Positions 29,746-41,881 are shown, counted from the first letter of the stretch. The stretch: DNA of 64,000 nt from Halanaeroarchaeum sp. (GCA_042216165.1 JBDGUD010000041.1:149-64148), one strand, 5' to 3'. Numbers and translations: made by a program. The notes: generated from the letters alone by a model not told the origin.

Positions 29746-30247
29746 GGGACAGTCCTCGTACGCTGTGAGTTATCCATCCGGCCCCCACACAATAAAGGTT
29801 TCTCGGGATTGTGATACGTTCACACGTGGGCAGGCGATCGGACGTCGCGGTAGCACCGACTGCATTCGGGCGGCGCGTTTCGAACTCCCGGCAGTGTTGT
29901 GACGGTTCGAGTGCCCGTACCGGACCCGCGGTTCGAATGTCACCGAGCCCGTGACGACTCCACTGTCTCGCGGGCGTTTCGGGCTCTCGAGACCGAATCG
30001 GCCACGGACCCATCCGACGTCGGTCGTTACCACATAACTAGTACATTTCTGAGACGATATTTCGCCAATTAGTAATGATACGGTATTACAATATCCCCCA
30101 CAAAATATTCCCGATTTGTATCGATTGGTGACGGGACAATCTATCGCTTGCTATCGATTATGCTCGAGAAGATATATTTTCCCTGTGGCGGAAAACCGCA
30201 ACCGTTCAGCAAAGTATATTATCAGCGCCCCCGAAAAATGAACTGCA

Positions 30248-30925
30248 ATGACGCAAGAAGCCCCAGCGGACGCGCAATCCATGCCCCTCATCGGGGACCG
30301 ATTCCCCGACCTGGAGGTCGAGACGACGCACGGGACGCTCTCGCTCCCGGACGAATACGAGGGCGAGTGGTTCGTCCTGTTCAGCCACCCAGGCGACTTC
30401 ACGCCGGTCTGTACGACCGAGTTCGTCTCCTTCGAGCAGAACCGAGACCGCTTCGAAGACCTGAACGCCAACCTCATCGGTCTCTCGGTCGACCGCGTCC
30501 ACTCGCACATCAAGTGGACGGACTGGATCGAGGACGAACTCGGCGTCGACATCGGCTTCCCGATCATCGCCGACGAATCGGGTCGGGTCGGCAACCGTCT
30601 CGGCATGATCCATCCGAACTCGGGAACCAGTACCGTTCGCGCCGTCTTCCTCGTCAACCCCGAGGGGATCATCCGACAGATCCTCTACTACCCCAAGGAG
30701 GTCGGCCGCAACATGGACGAGATCCTTCGCTCGCTCGAGGCCCTCCAGGTCGCCGAGGATGAGGGCGTCGCCACACCCGCAAACTGGCCGGAGAACGACG
30801 ACTTCGGCGACAAAGTCCTCCTGCCGCCGCCGGCGACCGAGGAGGACGCGAAAGCGCGCGTCGCGGAGGCCTCCGAGAAAGGGTACGACTCGCGGGACTG
30901 GTGGTTCACCCTCCGGGATCGCTAA
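30248..30925 (+). CDS. peroxiredoxin (Prx6 type)
   Basis: [26 protein letters not shown]; only one Cys. Confidence 0.95.
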   Translation: MTQEAPADAQSMPLIGDRFPDLEVETTHGTLSLPDEYEGEWFVLFSHPGDFTPVCTTEFVSFEQNRDRFEDLNANLIGLSVDRVHSHIKWTDWIEDELGVDIGFPIIADESGRVGNRLGMIHPNSGTSTVRAVFLVNPEGIIRQILYYPKEVGRNMDEILRSLEALQVAEDEGVATPANWPENDDFGDKVLLPPPATEEDAKARVAEASEKGYDSRDWWFTLRDR

Positions 30926-30928
30926 CCG

Positions 30929-31699
30929 CTACTCGAGTACGTTTTCCACGGCCCCGAGCGATTCGAGGACGTAATCCGGCATCTCCTCGAACCGCTTCAG
31001 GTCTTCCTCGCCGTGGGCGCCGGTCAGCACGAGTGCCGAGCGCATTCCCGCTTCACCCGCCATCGCGACGTCCGTGTCGATCCTGTCGCCGATCACGAGA
31101 CACCTGTTCGCGGGGACCCCGAGTCGTTCGAGAGCGGCATTTGCGGCCGTTTCAGACGGTTTCCCCAGGATCGTCGGATCCCGGTCGGCGGCGGTCGCCA
31201 GCGCTGCCACGATCGCACCGGATCCGGGAACCAGATCGTCGTTGGCGGTGGGTATCGATCGGTCCGGGTCCGTCCCATAAAAGGCGACGGCCGACTGGAG
31301 CGCCCGGAGCCCCCCGGTCAACGTGTCGTACGTCAACTCCCGGTCGATGGACCCGACGACGACGTCGGCGGCCGATGGCTCCTCGACCGGGGACCGATCG
31401 AGTTGTCGGCGCAACCCCGACTCCCCGACGACGTAGACGTCGTCTGCCGGGTGATGCTCGGTCAGATACGCGGCCGTCACCGATCCCGACGTGAGGACGT
31501 GCTCGGCGTCGGTCTCGATCCCCATCTCGGCCAGTCGTTCGACGTAGGCCGCCGGGGTCCGGGTCGGGTTGTTCGAGAAGAAAAGTACTTCGACGCCCGC
31601 GGACCGGAGCGTTCGAATGCCTGCCAGTGCCCCCGGAAGGAGGTCCTCGCCGCGATAGACCGTACCGTCGAGGTCGACGATGGCCGCGTCCGTTTGCAC
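30929..31699 (-). CDS. HAD-IIA (NagD-like) hydrolase
   Basis: DLDGT, SNN, GKP, IGDRIDTD; GTG start inferred. Confidence 0.9.
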   Translation of the reverse strand: MQTDAAIVDLDGTVYRGEDLLPGALAGIRTLRSAGVEVLFFSNNPTRTPAAYVERLAEMGIETDAEHVLTSGSVTAAYLTEHHPADDVYVVGESGLRRQLDRSPVEEPSAADVVVGSIDRELTYDTLTGGLRALQSAVAFYGTDPDRSIPTANDDLVPGSGAIVAALATAADRDPTILGKPSETAANAALERLGVPANRCLVIGDRIDTDVAMAGEAGMRSALVLTGAHGEEDLKRFEEMPDYVLESLGAVENVLE

Positions 31700-31739
31700 G
31701 AGTGTCGGGTGGAGGGCCGGATATTTGACGGCTCCGGTC

Positions 31740-33164
31740 TCACTGGTAGCCCAGTGCCTCGAGTTGGCGTTCGACCTCGTCCGGGGCCGCTTCGACCGCG
31801 TCTTCCTCGCCGGACCGTGTCGCCTCGATACGTTCGACCCGGTCGATCGCCGCCGACCTGAGTTCCTCGACGCCCGGTTTCGACGCCGCGTCCGGCCACC
31901 GGTTCGTCTGCTCGGCCGGATCGCGGTCGCGATCGTAGAGTTCGTGTCCGGCGCCGCCCGTCCGGTGGACGTAGGTCCATCGATCTGAGCGGGCACTGAC
32001 GAGCAGTTCGCCCTCGTCCAGGTGCTTCGGAATCGGTTGCTGGGTGATCTTCTCGCCCCGTACCGCCACAGAAACCGCGGGGTCGCCCTCCGGTTCGGCC
32101 CCGCCCGTGATCGCCGGGAGGAGGGAACGCCCCTCGAATCCCTCCAGGTCGGGAACCCCGAGCGTCTCGAGGATCGTCGGTGGAATCGCTTCGAGGGAGG
32201 TCGCCGCCGGGACGGTTCCCGGGTCCCCTGCCGGATGGTCGACGATCAGCGGGACGTGGATCAACTCGTCGTAGAGCTTGGGGTAGTGCGCGAGGTGACC
32301 GTGGTCCATGAACTCCTCGCCGTGGTCGCCGGCGAAGACGATCGCCGTGTCGTCTCTCAGTCCCGCGGAATCGAGGCGGTCGAGGAGCCGACCCACGCTG
32401 GCGTCGACCTGGTGGACGGTCGCGTCGTAGAGGTCCCGCAGGTCGGCGAGCGCCGAATCGGTGACCCCCAGGCCGAGGCCGGCCCGGACGTGGCTACGGA
32501 TCATCGTGAGGGTGCTCGTCGGATCGTTGGTCACCTCCCGGAGGTGGCGCGGTGCCGGCACGTACGGGGTGTGGGTGTCCATGTAGTGCACCCAGAGGAA
32601 GAATGGGCCCTCGACCGAGTCGATGAATTCCAGGGCTCGTTCTTCGACGTCGATGAGGCGTGAGACGTCGAGAAACTGGGGCCGATCGTCCCCGCGAACC
32701 CGTCCCGCGAGCCGTCTGATCGGCGAGGTCGCCAACTGAAGCCAGCCCTGTACCGTGGGATGGGCGGCCAGATAGCGTCCGTACAGCGATCCGTCGGACT
32801 CGGTGAACGTCTCGAACTCGTCGAACCCCCGATCGTACCCCCAGTGACTCGTCAAGAACCCGTTCGCGGCGTTGAAGCCCGCCGTCTCGACTCCGTACTC
32901 CGCGGCCCGTTCTGCCAGCGTCGTCCCGGTCCCGACGCCGATGCTCGGCCCGTCGGTGAAGACCGGTCTCGACCCAAGGATGCTGGGAAAGGAAAAGGGC
33001 GTCCAGTTGCCGGTCGCGAACGCGTTCTCGAACCGCGTTCCGGTTTCGGCGAGCGACTCCACGGTGGGGGCGATCGCCCCTGAATCCCCGATCGCGTCCG
33101 CACGAAGGGAGTCGACGGTGATCAGCAAGACGCCGTCGACCGGGGTAGGGGTGGTCTCTGTCAC
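31740..33164 (-). CDS. sulfatase-like (alkaline phosphatase superfamily) hydrolase/transferase
   Basis: LITVDSLRAD, HYMDTHTPY, GDHGE, HVPLI; start uncertain. Confidence 0.87.
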   Translation of the reverse strand: MTETTPTPVDGVLLITVDSLRADAIGDSGAIAPTVESLAETGTRFENAFATGNWTPFSFPSILGSRPVFTDGPSIGVGTGTTLAERAAEYGVETAGFNAANGFLTSHWGYDRGFDEFETFTESDGSLYGRYLAAHPTVQGWLQLATSPIRRLAGRVRGDDRPQFLDVSRLIDVEERALEFIDSVEGPFFLWVHYMDTHTPYVPAPRHLREVTNDPTSTLTMIRSHVRAGLGLGVTDSALADLRDLYDATVHQVDASVGRLLDRLDSAGLRDDTAIVFAGDHGEEFMDHGHLAHYPKLYDELIHVPLIVDHPAGDPGTVPAATSLEAIPPTILETLGVPDLEGFEGRSLLPAITGGAEPEGDPAVSVAVRGEKITQQPIPKHLDEGELLVSARSDRWTYVHRTGGAGHELYDRDRDPAEQTNRWPDAASKPGVEELRSAAIDRVERIEATRSGEEDAVEAAPDEVERQLEALGYQ

Positions 33165-33296
33165 TACCGGATCTATGGAGAGGGCGCTTTTAAACCTTCC
33201 CGGGTCGACGCCGCCTCCGATCGGCTCACTCACCTGTCGACCTCCCGAGAGCGGGTGCGGAGCCCTTATCATCGGGGGCCTCCACCCTCGACGTGA

Positions 33297-33761
33297 ATGA
33301 AGGACGTCTTCGACTCAGAGGAGGCCCGCGCGTTCCTCCAGTCCTTTCTCGACGAGCACGGGTTTCTCTCGTTTCTCGATCTGCGCGTCGAATCGCTCGA
33401 ACCGGGCCACATCGTGTTGCGCGTTCCCTACGACGAGAAGCTGGCAAACCAGGGCCAGGGCAACGGGAACGTCCACGGCGGGATCGCAGCGACCCTCATC
33501 GACACGGCCGGGGGACTGAGCGTCCACTCGACCCTCGACGATCCGATCAACGCCGGCGTCGCGACCATCGACCTCAACGTCTCGTACCTCCGACCTGCGC
33601 GGGGTGACCTGGTCGCGACAGCCGACGTGGTCCGGGTCGGTGGCACGGTCGGCGTTGCCACGGTCGACGTCGAGAGCACGACCCCGGACGGTGAGGATGC
33701 CATCGTGGCGACGGGGCGAGGATCGTTCCGGGTCTTCCCCGCTGACGATACGACGGAGTGA
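33297..33761 (+). CDS. PaaI family thioesterase
   Basis: VHGGIAATLIDTAGG, TIDLNVSYLRPA. Confidence 0.9.
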   Translation: MKDVFDSEEARAFLQSFLDEHGFLSFLDLRVESLEPGHIVLRVPYDEKLANQGQGNGNVHGGIAATLIDTAGGLSVHSTLDDPINAGVATIDLNVSYLRPARGDLVATADVVRVGGTVGVATVDVESTTPDGEDAIVATGRGSFRVFPADDTTE

Positions 33762-33798
33762 CCCCTACGTTTTCCAGCCCCCGGACCGAACCGCCAGT

Positions 33799-35220
33799 AT
33801 GAACCGGGACGGGAACCGGTCGCTGTACTGGCATCGCCGCGACCTACGTGCCGTCGACAACAGAGGCCTCGCCAGGGCCACCCTCGAGGGGACCGCCATC
33901 CCCGTGTTCTGTTTCGACGAGGAGGTACTGTCGTACGCCGGGGCCCCGAGGGTGGCGTTCTTGCTCGAGGCTCTCGCCGACCTCCGGTCGTGGTATCGCG
34001 AACGGGACGCGGACCTCCTCGTCGTTCGCGACGATCCAGCCGAGGTCATTCCCGCACTCGCCAGTGAGTTCGACGTGGACGGCGTCGTGTGGAACGAGGA
34101 CTATTCCGGGCTCGCACGTGAGCGCGATATGGCGGTCGAAGACGCGCTGTTGGCCGGGGGATTCGACACGACCTGGGTCCAGGACCAGGTGTTGCACGAA
34201 CCCGGTTCGATCCGCACGAACGAAGGCGAACCGTACTCCGTTTTCACGTATTACTGGACGAAGTGGCGTGACAGGACGGTGGATCCCGTCGTCGATCCGC
34301 CCGCTTCGTCCTCGCTCGTGCCGGTATCGAGCGACACCCCGATGCCGACGCTCGAGGACCTCGGATTTGCAGTGCCGGAGGCGGCCATCCCGTCGGGAAC
34401 GCGATCGGCAGCGGTGAACCGTCTCGAGACGTTTCTCGACGGTCCGATCTACGAGTACGCCGATCGGCGGGACCTGCCCGCTGCTGCGGGTACGTCCCGG
34501 TTGTCCCAGGACGTGAAATTCGGACTTCTCGGCGTTCGAGAGGTCTTCGAACGGGTTCGCGATGCGGAACGGACCGCGCCATCCGACGCGGGGGCGGAGA
34601 GCGTGGAGGCGTTCAAGCGACAGTTGGCCTGGCGGGAGTTCTACGCCCAGGTGCTCGCCTTCAACCCGTCGATCGTCACGGAGAACGTCACGTCGTATCC
34701 GAACGACATCGAGTGGCGAGACGACCCGTCCGGGCTCGAGACCTGGAAACGCGGCGAGACCGGGTATCCGATCGTCGACGCCGGGATGCGACAGCTGCGA
34801 CGGGAGGGATACGTGCACAATCGCGTGCGAATGATCGTCGCGTCGTTTCTGACCAAGGATCTCCTGATCGACTGGCGGGAGGGATACGAGTGGTTCCGAG
34901 AGCGTCTCGTCGATCACGACACCGCCAACGACGTGGGCGGCTGGCAGTGGGCGGCCTCGACCGGCACGGACGCGCAGCCGTACTTCCGGATCTTCAACCC
35001 CACGACGCAGGGCGAGCGGTACGACCCCGACGGGGAGTACGTCAGGGAGTACGTCGACGAGTTGGCGACGGTCGAGGCGGAGACAATCCACTCGTGGCCC
35101 GACCTGTCCCCCGAGGAACGCCGCGAGGTGGCACCGGAGTACCCGGCCCCGATCGTGGACCACGGCGACCGACGGACGGCCGCGATCGAGGCTTTCGAGC
35201 GGGCGCGTGGTGACGATTAA
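33799..35220 (+). CDS. phr: deoxyribodipyrimidine photolyase
   Basis: WHRRDLRAVDN, TGYPIVDAGMRQL, HNRVRM, GGWQW, RIFNP. Confidence 0.95.
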   Translation: MNRDGNRSLYWHRRDLRAVDNRGLARATLEGTAIPVFCFDEEVLSYAGAPRVAFLLEALADLRSWYRERDADLLVVRDDPAEVIPALASEFDVDGVVWNEDYSGLARERDMAVEDALLAGGFDTTWVQDQVLHEPGSIRTNEGEPYSVFTYYWTKWRDRTVDPVVDPPASSSLVPVSSDTPMPTLEDLGFAVPEAAIPSGTRSAAVNRLETFLDGPIYEYADRRDLPAAAGTSRLSQDVKFGLLGVREVFERVRDAERTAPSDAGAESVEAFKRQLAWREFYAQVLAFNPSIVTENVTSYPNDIEWRDDPSGLETWKRGETGYPIVDAGMRQLRREGYVHNRVRMIVASFLTKDLLIDWREGYEWFRERLVDHDTANDVGGWQWAASTGTDAQPYFRIFNPTTQGERYDPDGEYVREYVDELATVEAETIHSWPDLSPEERREVAPEYPAPIVDHGDRRTAAIEAFERARGDD

Positions 35221-35354
35221 CAGAACCGATACGACGCGAATGCTGCCGCTATCGACCGCGGGAGAGCCGGCCGCAGTGGGCGGGTATCGTGTGACCCACC
35301 GGTTCCTCAACCTTTATCAGCAATCCGGGAGAATGAGCGGATGGAGGTCCCACT

Positions 35355-35957
35355 ATGAGCGACTACGAACTTCCACCACTACCGTACGACTACGACGCGC
35401 TCGAACCCCACATCTCGGAGCAGGTACTCACGTGGCACCACGACACCCACCACCAGGGCTACGTCAACGGCTGGAATAGCGCCGAGGAGACGCTGGCCGA
35501 CAACCGGGCCGAGGGCACCACCGACGGCTCCGCCGCGGCCATCCGGAACGTCACCCACAACGGGTCGGGGCACATCCTCCACACCCTGTTCTGGAACAAC
35601 ATGTCCCCCAACGGGGGCGGCGAACCGGAGGGCGACCTCCGCGACCGAATCGAGGAGGACTTCGGTTCCTACGACGCCTGGAAGCAGGAGTTCGAGGCCG
35701 CCGCGTCCGCCGCGGGCGGTTGGGCGCTCCTGGTCTACGACACTCACGCAGAACGGTTGCGCAACCTCGTCGTCGACAAGCACGACCAGGGCGCTCTCTG
35801 GGGCAGTCATCCGATTCTCGCCCTCGACGTCTGGGAACACTCGTACTACTACGACTACGGTCCGGACCGCGGCAGCTTCGTCGACGCCTTCTTCGAGGTA
35901 GTCGACTGGGACGACGTCGCCGAGAACTACCAGGACGTCGTCGCGACGTTCGAGTAG
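35355..35957 (+). CDS. sod: Mn/Fe superoxide dismutase
   Basis: WHHDTHHQGYV, DVWEHSYY. Confidence 0.97.
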   Translation: MSDYELPPLPYDYDALEPHISEQVLTWHHDTHHQGYVNGWNSAEETLADNRAEGTTDGSAAAIRNVTHNGSGHILHTLFWNNMSPNGGGEPEGDLRDRIEEDFGSYDAWKQEFEAAASAAGGWALLVYDTHAERLRNLVVDKHDQGALWGSHPILALDVWEHSYYYDYGPDRGSFVDAFFEVVDWDDVAENYQDVVATFE

Positions 35958-36028
35958 CGACGATCCACCACATTTTTCGTGCAAACCCGACCGTGAGCCT
36001 TTAGTCCCGGTACGCTGCCGGTAGTGGT

Positions 36029-36298
36029 ATGCCCGAACCGAAATCCGACTTCGACCGGCTCTATCCGGCCGACTTCTACACGCCCGCGGAACTGCTCGAG
36101 TCGGACCAGATGTACACCGTCTACGAGATCGCTCGACTCCTCCAGGAGCTCGAACCGGACGCGGAACTCGACGAGCGCACCGAGGACGTCCTCCTCGACT
36201 GGGCCATCCCCTGGATCATGGTGAACGCCGACGATCTGGTCGTCGCCGAACCTCGCTCGGACGACGAACCCGGGTACTACGGCCTGCGATCGGAGTGA
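36029..36298 (+). CDS. conserved haloarchaeal small protein (DUF5827-like)
   Basis: MYTVYEIARLLQ, DWAIPW; follows sod. Confidence 0.75.
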   Translation: MPEPKSDFDRLYPADFYTPAELLESDQMYTVYEIARLLQELEPDAELDERTEDVLLDWAIPWIMVNADDLVVAEPRSDDEPGYYGLRSE

Positions 36299-36877
36299 TC
36301 ACTGGGCCCGGGCCATCCGGAGTGCGGTCTGGACGTCTGCGAAGGGGTTCTGGTCAACGCTCGGCCCGTGACCGGCGTGCATCACCGCAAAGTCGTCCGT
36401 GACGGTCTCGAGGACGTACTCGATGCTTCGCACCAGCCGTTCGCGGTCGCCCTCTTCGAGATCGGTCCGGCCGAATCCACCGCCAGCGAAGACGAGATCG
36501 CCGGAGAAGAGCGTCGACGCCTCCGCCGAGTACAGGCAGACGTGATCGTTCTTGTGCCCGGGGGTGTGGAGAACCCGGTAGTCCGCATTTCCAATCCGGA
36601 TACGGTCGCCGTCGGTCAGTTCAGCATCGACGGCCTGGTGATCGGGATCGTATCCCCACGCGTCCACGTCGAGGGCGCTCTTGACGGCGTCCACGTTTCC
36701 GACGTGGTCCGGATGGGTGTGCGTGAGGACGACCGCGTCCAGGGCCACGTCGCGCTCCTCGAGTGCGGCGACGACGTCGAAATTCGAGCCCGGATCCACC
36801 AGGACGGTCCGGTCACCGTCTACGAGGAACACGTTACTCGTGAACGACTGGACCCCCTCGGCGAGGTTCTCGGTCAT
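36299..36877 (-). CDS. MBL-fold metallo-hydrolase
   Basis: THTHPDH, HTPGH, SGD, GHG. Confidence 0.9.
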   Translation of the reverse strand: MTENLAEGVQSFTSNVFLVDGDRTVLVDPGSNFDVVAALEERDVALDAVVLTHTHPDHVGNVDAVKSALDVDAWGYDPDHQAVDAELTDGDRIRIGNADYRVLHTPGHKNDHVCLYSAEASTLFSGDLVFAGGGFGRTDLEEGDRERLVRSIEYVLETVTDDFAVMHAGHGPSVDQNPFADVQTALRMARAQ

Positions 36878-37017
36878 CGTCCCCCACGAGGGACCCACGG
36901 GAAATGAGGGTTGCTCTTGGCACCGTGGCCACCGGTTCTTCCGCGGGGGGAGCATTCGTGGGCTGTACGGACACGATTTCACAATAGCCTCATAACCGTT
37001 CGTCCCGTAGGGTCCGT

Positions 37018-37713
37018 ATGGGCATGGACCGCGTCGCACTGCTGGACGCGTCCGTGGGGGAGACGCCCGCGGAGCGGAACTTCCGTCGGGAAATAGACGC
37101 GTCGGTGGACGCGTTCAAGGTGAGCGATGGAGAGATGCCGCCCGAACCAGCGAGCGACGGCTCCTGGCCGTACGACGGGGCGGTCATCAGCGGCTCCCAG
37201 ACCTCCGTGTACGACGACCACGAGTGGATCCGCGACGTCGAATCGTGGGTCAGACGCGCCGTCGACGCCTCGGTGCCCCTCCTCGGGGTCTGCTGGGGCC
37301 ACCAACTGATCGCGTCGGCCTTCGGAGGCACGGTCGAGTACATCGGGCGGTACGAGATCGGCTACCGATCGATAGAGGTGCTGGAACGGGCTCCCCTGTT
37401 CCGGGATATACCGCGGGAGTTCACCGCGTTCGAGACCCACTCCGACGAGGTGACTGCCCTCCCCGAGGAGGCGACCCTCGTCGCCGAGAACGACTGCACC
37501 GTCCAGTCGTTCCGGATCGGAAGCGCGTACGGCGTCCAGTTTCACCCCGAGTACGACCTCGAGACCGCCCGCTGGATCATCGACGGGAAGGACCTACAAC
37601 CGGAACGGGAGGCCGCCCTCCGGGATGACCTCACGCGTGACCGCTACGAAGAGGCGAGGGACGCCGCGAGGGTCTTCGACAACTTCCTCGCCCTCCCGAA
37701 CCGGGGCGTTTGA
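37018..37713 (+). CDS. class I glutamine amidotransferase
   Basis: GVCWGHQ, QFHPE. Confidence 0.9.
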   Translation: MGMDRVALLDASVGETPAERNFRREIDASVDAFKVSDGEMPPEPASDGSWPYDGAVISGSQTSVYDDHEWIRDVESWVRRAVDASVPLLGVCWGHQLIASAFGGTVEYIGRYEIGYRSIEVLERAPLFRDIPREFTAFETHSDEVTALPEEATLVAENDCTVQSFRIGSAYGVQFHPEYDLETARWIIDGKDLQPEREAALRDDLTRDRYEEARDAARVFDNFLALPNRGV

Positions 37714-37797
37714 TCGCATCGCCGGTCCCCCACGGCGGCGGCCACCCGTTGAACAACGGTTTAGTCCCCACCGTCCCACTACCCGGCAGAGACCGTC

Positions 37798-38541
37798 ATG
37801 GAGGTACGACTACTGGAGGCGACGAACGACCCGGAGGAGCTCATCTGCCGGGCCGCCCGAAACGACTACATGGAAGCGTTCAACGCGGACCTGTCCTTCG
37901 AGGAGACGATGGCCTCCGTCGAGGGCGAGACAATCGAGGAGAAGAAGGAGACGCTCATCGGCCACCTGCTCCGCCACGGTCACTTCGGGCCCTTCGAGCA
38001 CGCGCAGGCCACCTTCGCGGTCGAGGGGTGCTCGCGCACGTGTATGGCCCAGATAACCCGCCATCGGCACGCCAGCTTCGACGTGAGGTCGATGCGGTAC
38101 GTCTCCTTCGAGGACGTCGACCCGGCAGACGTCGCGGCGGGCGAACTCGTCGTCAAGCCGCCGTCTGTCACGGATCCCGACTGGGTCGGCCGAAAGAACG
38201 AGTCCGGCTCCGTCGACGAGGAGACGGTCGCTCGTCGCGAAGAGGTGTTCTCCGAGGCGGTCGAGCGAGCCGTGGAATCCTACCAGGACCTGCTCGACCT
38301 CGGAATGCCCCCCGAGGACGCGCGCTTCGTCCTCCCGCTCGGGACGGAGGTAAACATGGTCCTCTCACTCAACGCGCGGATGCTGATGCACGTCGCCGAC
38401 ATGCGCGCCGCCGCAGACGCACAGTGGGAGGTACGCGAGATGACCGAGGAGATTCTGGACCTGGCAGCCGAGTGGGCACCCATCACCTTCGAGTACTACC
38501 GGGAACACATGAAGAACCGGAAGAACCGGCTGGCACCCTGA
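37798..38541 (+). CDS. thyX: FAD-dependent thymidylate synthase
   Basis: GHFGPFEH, RHR-X7-S (RHRHASFDVRSMRY), EDARFVLP, AQWEVR. Confidence 0.95.
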   Translation: MEVRLLEATNDPEELICRAARNDYMEAFNADLSFEETMASVEGETIEEKKETLIGHLLRHGHFGPFEHAQATFAVEGCSRTCMAQITRHRHASFDVRSMRYVSFEDVDPADVAAGELVVKPPSVTDPDWVGRKNESGSVDEETVARREEVFSEAVERAVESYQDLLDLGMPPEDARFVLPLGTEVNMVLSLNARMLMHVADMRAAADAQWEVREMTEEILDLAAEWAPITFEYYREHMKNRKNRLAP

Positions 38542-38545
38542 CACC

Positions 38546-38725
38546 ATGGGATCGAGGTTCGAACTCTACGAGGACGAGGCGGGCGAGTGGCGCTGGCGGC
38601 TGCGCCACGACAACGGCAACGTAATCGCCGACTCCGGGGAGGGCTACGCGAGTCGGCAGAAGGCACGGCAGGGCATCGAGAGCGTGAAGCGGACCGCTCC
38701 AGACGCCCCGATCGAGACGCTCTGA
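38546..38725 (+). CDS. DUF1508/YegP-family small protein (59 aa, absent from the ORF track)
   Basis: MGSRFELYEDEAGEWRWRLRHDNGNVIADSGEGY...IESVK. Confidence 0.88.
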   Translation: MGSRFELYEDEAGEWRWRLRHDNGNVIADSGEGYASRQKARQGIESVKRTAPDAPIETL

Positions 38726-38815
38726 TCGGCGCTCCGTCAGGCGGTCGCACGGCCCGATCGAAACAAAACCGTTATACCGCAACCACGGTTACGAACGACT
38801 GCAGACGCACACTAC

Positions 38816-38890
38816 GCTCCGTTAGTGTAGTCCGGCCAATCATATTGCCCTCTCGAGGCAATGACCAGGGTTCGAATCCCTGACGGAGCA
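38816..38890 (+). tRNA. tRNA-Glu (CTC)
   Basis: GCTCCGT/ACGGAGC acceptor, TTGCC-CTCTCGA-GGCAA anticodon arm, GGTTCGAATCC T-arm. Confidence 0.96.
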
Positions 38891-38973
38891 CTGCAGCGAG
38901 GGCCGCGGTTTTGGCCCGAGCGAAGCGCACACGGAAGGAATTTGAACGCACGAACAGCGTTGCTGTGAGTGAA

Positions 38974-38994
38974 GTTCGAATCCCTGACGGAGCA
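38974..38994 (+). repeat. 21-bp direct repeat of the tRNA-Glu 3' end (att-like)
   Basis: GTTCGAATCCCTGACGGAGCA is identical to 38870-38890. Confidence 0.85.
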
Positions 38995-39083
38995 TTCGAC
39001 CGACGAACGAAGTGCGGGGCGAACCCGACAGAATTGAATTGAAGCCCTACCAGACGCGCGCAGCGAACGCGAACACGTCCGAT

Positions 39084-39470
39084 TCAGGGTCCGAATCTCG
39101 CCGATTCGGGCACTCCCTCCTCGACGGTTCGAACGACCACACCGATCGTTCCCGTCTCTGTCGCACCGAAGGCACCGACTCTGGTCCCGATTCGCCTATC
39201 ATCCGAAACCACTCGAGCCGGCCCATCGTCCTCTCGTAGAGCGAGTACCGCTGCGATGATCTCGACGTCCACGTTACGTCCCGATTCTTCGAGAAGCGAC
39301 GTGGCCCGGTGAATTTTTCCTCATATGCACGCCCGTCATATTGGTGTCGTGTTTCCAGGAAACTCGTGAGGTTCGTTCGTGCTGGCTCCGTATTGATCTC
39401 AGATTGGACCGCCGTCGTCGACGGAATCGCTACGGACAACATCGACTTCGCCCCCGGCGTTCACGAGTAC
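39084..39470 (-). pseudogene. decayed PIN-domain (DUF3368/VapC-like) gene
   Basis: VQSEINTEPARTNL in one frame; DVEIIAAV..VVSDDRR..TGTIGVVVR in another; truncated. Confidence 0.55.
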
Positions 39471-39709
39471 GACGCGGGACTCCCGTGACCGTCACCCGCT
39501 CTCGCACCGCTCCATTCGACGGCCGTGGTACAGCGGAGGCCGATTCATCGGGTCGTTCTCCCGACGGCACCCCGTAGTGACCCCGTGTCGGTCGCCGGGT
39601 GAGACGACGGTCGTCCGCCTCACCATCCCAGAATCGAAAAAATACGTTCGGAGAGACCGAAGTTGCTCTCTCGGTTATGGAAGTAGATTACCGAAGGAGA
39701 TAATCTTAA

Positions 39710-41881
<2,172 letters not shown>

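Noticed and set aside
29880-29945. Additional GGTTCGA T-loop-like words
   Set aside because: Flanking stems are imperfect and there is no acceptor stem; TCGA words are common in this genome.
39312-39323. Programmed -1 frameshift in the PIN remnant
   Set aside because: The gene is also damaged at both ends, so simple decay is more parsimonious.
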